The position numbers and the translations under genes were made by a program. Below, one piece after another: positions 51,471 through 64,000 of a stretch of DNA of 64,000 nucleotides (position 1 is the stretch's first letter; each line of letters opens with the position of its first letter). This DNA comes from Octopus vulgaris (lineage: Eukaryota): NCBI GenBank assembly GCA_951406725.2, contig OX597817.1, forward strand, positions 3,162,001 through 3,226,000, written 5' to 3'. The notes beneath the pieces were generated by a model that did not search any database, was not told the DNA's origin, and saw nothing but the letters and a program-made list of their open reading frames with translations.

Positions 51471-54400
51471 TATATAGAAATTAAATTATAAGAAATTGTT
51501 TTTTTAACATATTCTAAGCAGTAGCAAAATTATTTTCTACAATATATTGATCAATAGTTTTAAGGGAAATATTCATTTAACTTCTCACAATAAGGCAACA
51601 GTTAAAAGGTATAAAAGGTTTTACCAATGGCAAGGTAAAATATGGAACCAGATAAGTCAAAAATACAATAGGAACAAATGAGAGGTTTACATCAAATCAT
51701 CAACAATGACAAATTTAATATCACAGGCAAAATACTCCTTTGTCTCTTTTTTTTTTAACATTTATCATTAAAGGAATGCCATCAATATTTCTGGAGCACC
51801 ATCATTTGAACCAATAACAACAATAGCAAATTAACTATAACATTTTACACTTAAGCACCAAAGTTACAATTATGATGAAGGGAGTATATCCAATAAGTAT
51901 GTAAAACAGCAAGATTTTCAAATTGAGATGTTTTTACAACATAAACATATAATCAAAATAAAATCTAACAAACTCTAAGACATATTGCAATGTCTTAGGT
52001 GAGTTAAGTACTGTGAGAAGAATAATGATTCATAATTAAGCTAGAATTGTGCCTAAGGATGAAACACATTTGCAAAGAGATCTGAATTCTGAAATCAAAT
52101 CAAGTACACTATTCACTCAGTCATGACAACATATGGTACTAAGTACAAAAAAATATCTCATTTTATTTCTTTCTAATGTTACCTAAACAGAAGCTATCTT
52201 ACAATTTATTTCTATTATTCTGAAGAATAAGTATTTAGTAAAGTAACATATATATTAAAAACTTATATAAAATTTTTGACTAGATATGACTATTAATTTA
52301 TATAGATTTTTAATATATTCATATGTGTGTGTGTGTGTGTGTGTGTGCGTGTGTGTGTATATGTGTGTGTGTATATACCGAATGCTCACAGAGAATTTCA
52401 CTCCAAATTATGGGAAAAATCTGAAAAATAAGTTGTTTTTAAAGTTCTATTTAACAAGATCCATGTATTAAACTGTCGAGATACCTTTACTATTCGAGTG
52501 CACTAAACAATGTTTTTATTACCAAGAAAGCTCTTATATATATATATATATATATATATTATGTTCATCATTATCAATATATAATCATCATTATCTTAAT
52601 TATTTCAACATATGCTTTTTCCTATTTTTATGGCTTAGTGTAGTGAGTGAGTGGGATGTCAATGAGAGTATTTGCTCCTGGGTCAGATGTAATGGAGTGC
52701 AAAATTTCCTCTGGCCTATCATGCATGCTAATTAAGGTAGGGTGCTATAAGAGTCTTATGTCCCTCTTGCTGGGATGGACTTATGCATGTGTATGATTAA
52801 AAATCAAAATATCTATGTCTAAATTTTGTTCCTTGGTTTCATTTTTATGTGTGTAAGGGCAGCAATTTTTCAGCAAGTGTATCGTTAACATATTCAACTT
52901 TAGTAAATTACTGAAATGTATTTTATTGTCTGTAACAAAATTAAAGGCAAAGCTTGATTAAACTTAGTACAGCAAGGTTTCAAATTAATTACTACAAGAA
53001 TTTTATTATTGCAATCATGTTCACCATCTTGGCTTTGTTTGGTGTAGTGAAAATGACTGCAAAGAAAAAAATAATAAATAGAATTCTGGTTTAAGTAGAT
53101 GCATTCAGTTACAGGCATTTATCTTCTATTCTACATAAAATAAGTACAAGTATTTTAATGAAGCTGATAAAATTGAGTATATCATTCCATTATAACAAAC
53201 ACTTGGCTTTGTGTCTAGAGAAAAGCAGATATAATCTACTGTTTATGCATAAAGAGAATATCTCTGTGTAAAGTTCATGTTCTCTGTAGTATTAGTTGCA
53301 TAAGTAAAATGTATTAGCTTTATTGGTCTGAAATAGTCATCACCATAAGATATTAAAATAATATTATTTTGTAAATGTCAGAAAATTTTAGTTACTATCT
53401 TGGAAAAGGCATTACTATGACAATAATTATTGATACTATTGCAAAGAAAAATTTGATTTTTATAAAATTTTATCTTACATTAATATAAAGTAGTTACCAG
53501 TTTTGTCCCATATTATTAGACTCTTAAACCATGGATCACGAATTTCTGCTTGTGGCAAGCATCTTTGGGAAGAACTCTTAATTTTATATTTCTCAATTCA
53601 CCAAACCATTAAAAAATCAGTAAATACATACTAGTACTTCTTAGAATATAAAATTCATTTCCCAAGTGTTCTGAACAGAAGTTATTTTTCATTGATTCAA
53701 TGCTAATGAGTCCAGAGCTAAGTACCAGCTTGGTAGCTTGATGATTTATTATAGCTTATACAGACATTATCCACCACCAAATACATCTACATTTAACTGC
53801 ATTTTTTCATATTGCTAAAACTTTAAACTAGAGAAATACATAAAATTTGCAATATATTTTCTTGCTGGAGATTATTTTGTATGTTGGCTTGTTGTCCTAA
53901 TGCAAACAATCTTTCTTTAAGTATTGAACTTAAAGATATTAAATTAACAAAAAAATCTAATGACTTCATGAAAAGCAAGTCATACAGAAATACTTACCAA
54001 AATAATACCAAAGTAATACATTTAAAATGTTGTTTGCACAGAGAATATTAATCATGCCATTCCTATACTTTAATTAATAATGAAATAATAATACTTAATT
54101 TAATATGAGATAATATAGACTAATTTATGAATGAGAAAAAATCATGACAAGATACTCAACAGAACGCATGTTGGCACGTGCTAGAAAGTGTCGGTAATTG
54201 GTTATATGATATTTAGCATCCCAATATATATGGATATATAAGATAATAATGGTTAAATTTATAGAGCTTCCAAAAGTTACCTGGTTATGATAGAACTGAG
54301 TAATGTGATAAAATGGATATTATTAGTGTACTTTCCAATCCCAAAATCAAATCAAAGAATGATTTTCAGAATTAAACACAATTGGTTAATAAAAAAGGTG

Positions 54401-56254
54401 ATAGATTACAAGACATTCTGATAAAAGTCTTAGAAAATTACATGGATATTTCCATTACAATAATAACAATAATTAAGAACATGGACATTTTTTTTTATTC
54501 TTGAAATAAAATTTTGATATCTTTGTAGGTTGGTTTTGATGTTCAGGTAAAACACATAGTGGGAATATTGGTTATATTAAATGAGATGGGCATAAAGAAG
54601 GTGCTAAAATTGTTAAAAGAGTATGAAGTGAAAGTGAAATATATTAAAAATAATTCCATTTTTCCTTTCTTTTTTGTTTGTTTTATTTTTCTTTGCAAAG
54701 AGTAGAATGTTTAAATTTTTAAGCTAATTATGCCAATAGAAAATGACAGAAATAATGCTTGAAATGATTGTTGTAGAAGGAGAGATACATGTAATGTCAG
54801 GAAAACGTATGAAGTGGTTTGTCATGAAGTGTTACAGAAGATTGTTCTTAAGATGTTTAAAGTAACTGAAGAAGTCTAATAGAGTTTACTGAAAATAGTT
54901 ATTATAATTATTACAGATTCTTAATATAGATTTACCACTGAATTCCACACAGTAAAAAATCTGAATTTTTTAGAAAAATGCAAATTTTTTAATAAATTTC
55001 AAAAATAATTAGTTTGAACTTATTCTTAATTTTACAGTAATTCTTATAATCAAATATTGTTCAAATTTCATTTTGAAGTAAATAAATTGTGAATTTTGAA
55101 GCATAATATAGGCATTCCCCCATATTATGGAAGCATTGAGCTTTGGAAAATATTGCCAAAATGTAGAATCTTGTACTGCAAAATCTATTTTCTTGAAGAC
55201 TCCTATATTACATACATGTTATATGGAAGTCATAGGGAAATAGGTTACACATTATGGAATTCCATGTTAGAACAAGACTATGATGAATGTAGTACTTAAG
55301 TAACTGGGAGGTGGGGATAGGATGCCTATATATCTTTTAGAACTTGTAATCTTAAACATATATATCCAAAATTGATACTCAGTACTTGTATACCTTTCTA
55401 TGTATAATATCATTTTTATTATATAAGATAAGGTTGTTAAAAGGAATTTCATCACAAATTTTACTAGATATCATTTAATATTTAGATGTAAAATGAATAA
55501 GTTCTTTATGAAAGTTTTATAATTATACAATTAACATGTGTGGATATTGTATATTTCAAGATGCAAGAGATGTTTTTAAGAAGTATTCATAATCTTGTGC
55601 CATTGTATGCATGTTTAAAAAGACACCCCTTTTCTTAAAGGAAAGAATTCAAAATCATGCTGAACTTCTAAAATTATAAATAAAAGTTTTCTAAAATGCA
55701 ATAATGTCTTATGTTCATAATATAAATAATAACAATTAGGCTTATATGGATTTGTAAGGTGATTTCTTTCTGTATTTCATTGTTAATAATATTTAGAACT
55801 AGTAATTTACTAAAACAGCTGAAGATCAAGTATAAATTCATAAAGCTATATTTACTAATTAACATGTCTAAATAAAGTATTTTGAAAATGTATGAATACA
55901 AACTCCCAAAATAAATATAGATATAAGTTACTATTTACAAATAAAAAAGAAACTTTAACAAATTTTTTTTCCAAATAAAATGTATGAAAAAATGGAAGCT
56001 GAATTAAGTACTGAATTTTAATGAAAGATTAAAAAGGACTGAAAAGATGAGCTGGGCAGTAAGGTTTATGGCTGATTATTAAGTATTTAAAAAATACTGG
56101 ATGTTTGCAAAATATTTTTAAGTCTAGAAAATCAAATTAAAGATATCAATAATATTTAATTTGAAATGTCTCAAATTTTGTAATCTTTAACATTACAAAC
56201 CTAAAGGATTGCTATCTATGATCAGACAAGTAACATACATGGAAATATAATTTG

Positions 56255-56470
56255 ATTTCAAATTTTAGCACTAGGCCAGCAATTTCGGGGGAGGTATTAA
56301 GTCAATTACATCGACCCCAGTGTTCAACCGGTACTTATTTTATCGACCCTGAAAGGGAAGAAGGGCAAAGTTTACCTTGACGGAATTTGAACTCAGAATA
56401 TGAAGACGGATGAAATACCACCCAGCGTTTTACCTGGAGTGCTAACGATTCTGTCAGCTTGCCACCCTAG
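56255..56470 (-). mobile_element. Full-length Nin/Deu-type SINE with a 16-bp TSD
   Basis: Same head and core as 15433-16389; TSD ATGGAAATATAATTTG at 56239-56254 and 56471-56486. Confidence 0.88.
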
Positions 56471-56861
56471 ATGGAAATATAATTTGGTTAAATACAATAA
56501 TTTTAAATTCAAATACTTATTAACAAATTATTCAAGTTGCTTTTAGCTTCAAATAATTATTTGATTCATAATGATTCAATAAAGAGATAGTTCAAGGGGT
56601 TTTAATTAGGAAAGATTTACACATCCCACTTATATTTATGCAGGTATTTGATATTTAACTTGTTTTCTCTCATAACATAATTACCTGATAAATGTTTCAT
56701 TGCATTCAGTCTTTACCTGTAACCACAAGGACAAGTGTATGAAAAAAAACTTTGTAAATATATTAAATAAATTCGTTGAATTACAAGGGCAAAACTGGCT
56801 ATATTGGAGTTATTCGTTGTCTTTATTTTAGTGAAACTATATGAATGTTCTATAGTAACAA

Positions 56862-56900
<39 letters not shown>

Positions 56901-56930
56901 CATACATGTGAGTGTGTGTGTATATATGTG

Positions 56931-56964
<34 letters not shown>

Positions 56965-56990
56965 CATACATGCATATACACAAACACACG

Positions 56991-57024
<34 letters not shown>

Positions 57025-58011
57025 TACTACCAGAAACATAGGTATACATAAAATATGTAAAGGCTTACACTACTCTGTTCTTTTTCTGTCCATCTGTCTG
57101 TCTAAACTCTCTCTTTCACACACACACACACACATATATATAAAATATAGATATATTTATGCTTTCTACATATATATATGTAGTTATATGTATATATAAT
57201 ACATACATACACACATATATATGTACACATAATATATGTATGTATGATTGTATGTATGTGTATATGTCATCAACACTGTTCTAAGGTCTAGTTTTCATGC
57301 TTGCATGGTCGGAATTTATAAGGTTGGGTACCCTTCTTGCTATTCCTCATGTTTCTAAGTAAGATGACATTTCTCCTTTACCAGACATATTTTCATGTAG
57401 TATTGGAAATGAATGACACCGCTTGTATGATGGTGACACTCATTTACAATTAATACATGATGGCAAGATTATGTGGTACAAATACATATATATATATATA
57501 TGAGTGTACATGTATGAATATGTGTATGTGCATATATGTACATGCATATTTATGTATATATATTGGTGTGTGTATGTATGTATGTATGTACTACTTGCTA
57601 GCAAGGACACTGTATTTTGTTTCGCAACCATAATATATGACTAAATATATTAAAGGTGTACAAGTTAATATTGTTTCTAACTTTTTGTAATGACAATGTG
57701 ATGTTCTCATTACTAAGGTTATCTACAGATTTTTTTTTTATAAAATTCAAAGCCACTACTGAAAGTTATGACATTTCACATATGAATATGTCTACGTAAA
57801 CAATGTAACTGAAGATAGAAAATGTAGGCAATAAGTGTATATGCATATTTCAAAAAGTATGCATTTACACCATTATCTATTTTTTCTATCTTTGATCATG
57901 CAGTTTACATAGATACGTTTGTATTTGAAATGTTGTTACTTCCAGTGCTGGCCCTGAAATCTAAAGAAAACCTGTGAGAATAAATTTAAAAATGACATAT
58001 AAATCTCTCTC

Positions 58012-58058
<47 letters not shown>

Positions 58059-58180
58059 ATATATGTGCCTTTGTATTTTTATAGGTATTTGTAAATATAT
58101 ATATGTGTGTGTGTATGTGTCTGTATACAGAGTTGCTTTTGCTCTCTGCATTTTTTTCCATAGTTATCGAAGGGAGAAGT

Positions 58181-58720
58181 TCATGGTAACTGTTTGAAGC
58201 ATTCTGACCTGAAGCTACTTTTAGAATCAGAGTATATCCTTTCAGTGATTTTCTGCTGTCTTTGTGGAATAGTAAATCTGAAGAATTTCCCTATGAAGCT
58301 TAAGAAGATTCTTCTGTAGATGCTACAATTACTTCTATCCAATTTGTTCTTGTACAGGTTAACAATATTGCAGTCTCTCATCTCCTGTGACACTGTTCCT
58401 TCTCACCAGCACTGGTATAGCAGTGTATATTGGCAGTAGAGCCGAATGCATTTGGAACACTAGATGTTCAATATCTTTGTCAAGATAGGATGCCCACCTA
58501 ATTTACCTCAGGATTGTTCATTCATTCTACACTTATCAGAAAGACATCATTCAGTTTGAAGACTCTGCTTTGAAATATTTTTCAACAGTGGAGTGAAACA
58601 TGGTTGTGTGATTGGCACTTGCTTCTCTGGGTTTCTTTTTCACTGCCAGACAGAAGCAAGTCTTTGGAACATCAAACCCATTGTGTTTGATTTCACACAA
58701 GATTAAATGGGGAAAATGCT
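58181..58720 (-). mobile_element. Decayed RTE LINE reverse-transcriptase fragment
   Basis: SQEMRDCNIVNLYKNKLDRSNCSIYRRIFLSFIGK...ERIYSDSKSSFRS matches the RTE RT N-terminal motifs (LYKNKGDRSDCNNYRGISLL...PESQCGFR). Confidence 0.8.
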
Positions 58721-58794
58721 CAGCCTGTTCAATATATATATATATATAAATTAAATTAGAGATAAAACAACTATTAGGCAAATATACTCCCTAA

Positions 58795-58825
<31 letters not shown>

Positions 58826-58834
58826 TAATAATAA

Positions 58835-59712
58835 TAGGGAGAATTCACAAAAAGACAAAAGACGAAGACAGGTGGTGTAGACAACAAACAGATGTATTAG
58901 TATAATGCTCGAGAAGTGAAAAAGTCTTTAATGCTCTTCCACAGAAAGGAACACAGAAAGAAACAAGGAGAGAAAATAAAGAATGTGTAGTGGCTAGTGA
59001 TCTATCATGGCGAATGCCGGACAGAAAGGTCACACAAGAGAGCTAGGGAGAAGGGGAGATAATAAAGTAGTGGTGATCCCAAAACGAAGTTGCATGTGAC
59101 TGTGTATAAGAGTTTGTATGAGCATGTGGATCTTGATGTGTGCGTGTGTGTATGTGTAGGTGTGAAAATGTGGGTCTGGGAAGTGGTCAGTGCTGATTTG
59201 TGCGTGGTGGTGTGTTGTGATTTGATGTGTTGTGTGGTGTGGTGTGATGGTGTTGGGAGGTGGGGAGGCAAAAGTGGGGAAAGCAAGGGTGGGGTGTGGG
59301 TTAGGCTGAGGGTGGGGTATATGGATAGGTAGAGGGCGGTGGTAGAAGTGGCATATGTGGGAGTAGGTGAAAGGGATGGGGTGGGATGGGAAAGGATAGG
59401 GAAGGTGGGGAGTGGAATGTGTAGGGGTGGGCTTACAAGTGAAGGGTGATGATAAAGGGGAGAGGAAAAGTTGGATAGAAGTGAAGAGAAGAGAGAAGAG
59501 TAGTAGGAGTCGGAGCAAGAGAAGAGAGGTGGGTGGGAGGAAGTAGGTGTGAGGGGGAGAGAGGCAAGGGGAGGAGGTTAAATGAAGAGGGGAGAAGAGT
59601 TGAGCCCATGTGGTGCAAAGGAGTGAAGAGACAAGGTTAATCCCTGTTCCTGGCATAAACAGAAGTCTGGATGGCCCCTGTGCAAGGACAATCTGAACAG
59701 AGACAGGTGTTG
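58835..59712 (-). mobile_element. Penelope-like element 3' end (GIY-YIG C-terminus plus pyrimidine-rich 3' region)
   Basis: Minus-strand LSLHRGHPDFCLCQEQGLTLSLHSFAPHGLNSSPLFI* resembles the PLE terminal EQxxIxxLxTxxPxGLN motif, followed by a long C/T-rich UTR-like region. Confidence 0.7.
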
Positions 59713-59744
59713 TAATATATATATATATATATACATATATACAT

Positions 59745-59781
<37 letters not shown>

Positions 59782-59911
59782 GTCAATTCAAGAATGTTAG
59801 GTTCTCATTAAGGATTAAATAATCCAAAAGTTCCACTGGTTTATCACTGTCATATAAAAAGAAAGTCTCGACAATATGTTAGGGATTATTATAGTAGTAC
59901 ATACTATCAAT

Positions 59912-60472
59912 ATTGAAAGATAGAAGATGGAGAATAGTGGACGTATAAGTAATTTATTTGTATGATATAAAGATGCTGAATTTTTTTTATAAAAACAATA
60001 CAAATAAATTATAAATTGTAAAGCTCTAAAAGAAATGGTAGGTGCCAAAAGCCTACATATATGTTTTGATTCATTCCCCTAGTTGATACATAATTCTAAG
60101 CATTTGCTAAGAATTGATATCATTTTGCAACCGTATGGGGTAGAATCTTATCAGGGCTTTATGAGTTTTTAGAACAAAGGTTAACATATCTCTTGAAAGG
60201 ATGCAGACAAATTCTGTAACAAGCTCATAAAGCTCTGACAAGATTCTGTCGAATACAGTTGAAAATGATACCAATTCTTAGCAAATACTAAGAATTACAT
60301 ATCAACTAAGGGTATGAATCGAAACATATGTATAGGTTTTTGGCATTGGCCATTTCTTTTAGAGCTTTACAATTTATAATTTATTTGTATTTTTTTATTA
60401 AAAATTTCAATTTTTATATCATACGAATAAACTATTTAAGCATCCATTATTCTCCATTTTCTTTCTTTCAAT
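59912..60472. mobile_element. Imperfect ~260-bp inverted repeat (59912-60174 / 60212-60472) of a Penelope-like terminal repeat, each arm with a long-helix-II hammerhead remnant
   Basis: The arms are diverged reverse complements; the ORF track shows ISFRALQFIIYLY on both strands. Hammerhead remnants at 60048-60160 (-) and 60229-60340 (+). Confidence 0.8.
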
Positions 60473-60510
<38 letters not shown>

Positions 60511-61058
60511 CTCAAAAGTAAATAGACACTGATTGAAGAACAGGTTTCCTTCCAGCTGTTCTGCCACAGCAGCCAAGTTGATGGAAATAAACCATGAAAG
60601 TACTCCAACTTATTTGGATTTGGTCTGTGACATCAGCTGCCTTACATCAGGGAATATTTTCAACAATCCATTTGACAACCTAAAGACATTTACATATATA
60701 TACCTATATATATATATATATATATACACATGTATATATACATATATATATATACATACAAGTATATATACATACATATATATATATACATATATACATA
60801 TACCTATACATACATACATACATACATATATATATAGGTTGTGCAGGTGTGATTTAAAATTTGCTCCATGCATATGCGCCTTTGAGTTAGTTCTCCCTGT
60901 GAGACTATAAGGTCACAGCTCTATGTTGACTAATGCCTTCTGAATGAACCTGGAAATCATGAAGTGTACAGCAATGCATCGTATGTGTTTGTGCATGTGT
61001 GGTGTATGTATGCATGTGTGTGCTTGTGTATATGTTGACTTGTGGATCTATCTATCTA

Positions 61059-61092
<34 letters not shown>

Positions 61093-61904
61093 CACACACA
61101 TATACACACCACACCTCTAGTGCAGGCATAATGAAAATGCACCCAGTACACTCTGTTGAGTGGTTTGTATAAGGAAGGCAACCAGCCTTAAGAAACCAAC
61201 ACAAAATGAAATGCTAGTGAGATGCAGTTCTTTAATCCATCAAGTGAGCAGATTTATTCAACCCATGCCATCATGGACAGTGAATGCAAAATGATAATGA
61301 TGAGGATAACAAGAATTTCTTTGAACGATTTGATTTCAGCTCTGAATAAATCACACGCTGTAATATATATACATACTCTCTGTATGTAATATACTATCAC
61401 TGTCCCTTCCATTCTCCATTGCATTCTAGTATTAATACACCACAGCTGCCTCTGGTTATTTCCTTATGCTTCTCTTGTACCTATTATATTCTTGAACTTC
61501 AAACTCACCCCTCTCCCCATTTCTCCTCTTATCCTCTCAGGTGTTATTTTCCTGAAAGTCATCTTTCTTAGCTAAGGTTTTGCAAACATTCTCCCGGTTT
61601 GTTTCATCCTCTTATTTTTTTATATAAATTTCTAAAACTATATTTACTTGTCTTGTTGTTTCATTCCCACTGTAAGGCACGGTCCTTTGCCTGTTACGTT
61701 GTAAAACTTCATAAAACATTTTACCTTTCACCCTAATGAAATCTATAATCACTGGGGCTTGCCATATGGGTGAATCCATGTTTTTGCCTAACAAAATCAT
61801 ATTCCTTGGTCAGAAAGGGAAGTATTTCCACATGTCTTTGTAGTCCTTTCCACTTATTGATATCTATAATTTTTAGCACAGTTTCCATTTTTTACACTTA
61901 CACA

Positions 61905-62158
61905 AACACACACACATATCTGTAAATAATATAAACATATATATATACACACATATATATATATGTATGTATATACATAAATATATGCATGCACACACAA
62001 ATAAATATATATATATCATCAACATAATATATATACATATATACACACACACATACATCCATACACAAATGCACAAATATATACATATGCATATATATAT
62101 ATATATATATATATAACACACACATATATATATATACACACATATATATATACATACA

Positions 62159-62222
<64 letters not shown>

Positions 62223-62223
62223 C

Positions 62224-62256
<33 letters not shown>

Positions 62257-62262
62257 TTTAAA
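61905..62262. repeat. Degenerate (TA)n/(CA)n microsatellite
   Basis: Directly visible. Confidence 0.95.
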
Positions 62263-62850
62263 TATATAAGTACATAAATGTGTTTATATATTTGTGTAAA
62301 TGTATAAATGAATGGTTGGTATTAAGGAAGGCATCCAGTTGTAACCATCCACCTATACCAGATTGGTGGTTTTATATATATTTATGTATATATATATGTA
62401 TATGTATGTGTATATAGATATATATATGTGGGTGTGGGCGTGTCTATGTATCTAAATTGTGTACAAAAATATGTATGTGTATGGTGAATACCTTAGACTA
62501 TGAAAACGGTGATCGAAGTTTGAGTCTAAGTAGAAGTTCAACCAATTTTCACTCTATAGGTGCAGGTACGACTGTTATCTTAAAAAGATTACTTCATAAC
62601 CATGCAGCTTCAGGTTCAGTGCTGTTGCATGGCACTTTGAGCAGGTATTGTGTTCTATAAGTTCAGGCTGACCAATGCCTTAGGGAGTGGAATTAATAGG
62701 TAGAAACTAAAATTATGTATAAATGTGTGTGTGTGTGTGTGTGTGTGGTTGTGTGCATACATTCTTTTATTCCTTTTCTTTTCTTTTATTTGTTTCAGCC
62801 ATTTGACTGCGACCAAACTGGAGCACCACCTTCAGGCGAACAAATCGACC

Positions 62851-62900
<50 letters not shown>

Positions 62901-64000
62901 AGCACACACACATCATCAATATCCTTAGCATAGTTTTAATTAACATACTTTTCCAGGCTGTCATTGATTAAAAGAAAAAAAAAACTATGTTTAGGCAGAG
63001 ATTTCTGTGGCTAAATGTCCTTCCAGTTGCCACACCTCACCTGTTTCTAAGCAACAAATTCCCCAGTTCGTTAAGCATCAAACAGCTTAGGCACGCCTCT
63101 GCAGAGGACTGCAATAAAGTGACAATGTATTCTATGAATGGAAAGATTTTTGTCACTGGACAGCCTGTAATATGGGAAGATATATCAAGAAACTCATACA
63201 CATCCATCATGGTCTGCAAGTAAATATAACAGTCTCTGTTTGAATGGGAAGACTTTTTGTTTACAATCCTTACACACAAGTGAAGACAAAGAATAATACA
63301 AATCCCCTAACATTCACACACACACACACATCTACGTATGTATGTATCTATCAAAATTCGTGTGTGTGTGTGTTTGTATGTGTGTGAGTGTGTATGAAAC
63401 AATTGGTTATGAAATTATAAAATACTTATGTAAGCATGTTATAGACAGTAATCAAGCAGAGCTCAGAGAAAATCAAATCTTAAACTTTAACTGCTTCAAG
63501 TTGAAGTCATCCAGATATAGAAGGTTGGTTTGAAGAACAATCAACATTGAACGGATATTGAAGTAGAAAGACTGACAGACAATACCAGGCATAAGGAATG
63601 TATTTGTATGAAAAGTTGAAAACAATTTACATGATGTTATCAAGTCTTATGTCTACAGCTGTTTCTGATAATTGATTACTGCTTGATATAGCAATATCTA
63701 ATATGCAAAGACGTCCAATATTGAGGGGTATTTTCAGTATACATGGAAATAAAGAAAAAGTACCAATAAGCACAGATTTTGGTTACTCCATGCAACAAAG
63801 CCATGATTTCATCAGAACTGAGCAAATTGCTTTGGGAAGATAGTGTTTATAAAAATAAATAATTTCTATAAATTAAAATGAGAGAGAGAGAGATGTAGAG
63901 CTATATAGATATAAAGATAGAGAGGGATGAGAAGAGTACGAGAGGTTGAGTAGCTGAAGGGGAGTCAGTTATTATAAGATGTCTATTATTGGCCCAAGAT

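Noticed and set aside
58915-58950. Hammerhead expected in the Penelope 3' end
   Set aside because: Only a CTGTGGAAGAGC-like half is visible on the minus strand; the stem II/GAAA half is missing, so no ribozyme is called.

Overview
AT-rich eukaryotic genomic DNA with very dense simple repeats and decayed transposons. The SINE, LINE and microsatellite repertoire is what I associate with a coleoid cephalopod, most likely Octopus (an inference, not a database match). I recognise no intact host protein-coding gene. Nearly all long ORFs in the track are microsatellite artefacts, and most of the recognisable remainder are broken transposon ORFs: mariner, CR1-group, R4/Dong, Tx1/L1, RTE/BovB, Helitron RepHel and Penelope GIY-YIG. 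The most notable signal is a set of Penelope-type minimal hammerhead ribozyme motifs. One is fully canonical (29923-29965). One is a U3:A8 covariant held inside a perfect 81-bp inverted repeat (2922-3233), and one is near-intact (9025-9060). Two further loci have helix II expanded by a 70-80 nt structured insert (1878-1996; paired copies at 60048-60160 and 60229-60340). Other points of interest are an unspliced intron-containing tRNA-Lys(UUU) copy fused to a LINE-like tail, and a SINE whose 3' 184 bp is repeated 5 times in tandem. CpG content drops near 24 kb beside a CRE/CCAAT promoter candidate. There is also a tandemly duplicated 43-nt candidate exon and an ~18-kb repeat-poor stretch. All structures were read by eye; coordinates of decayed elements are approximate.
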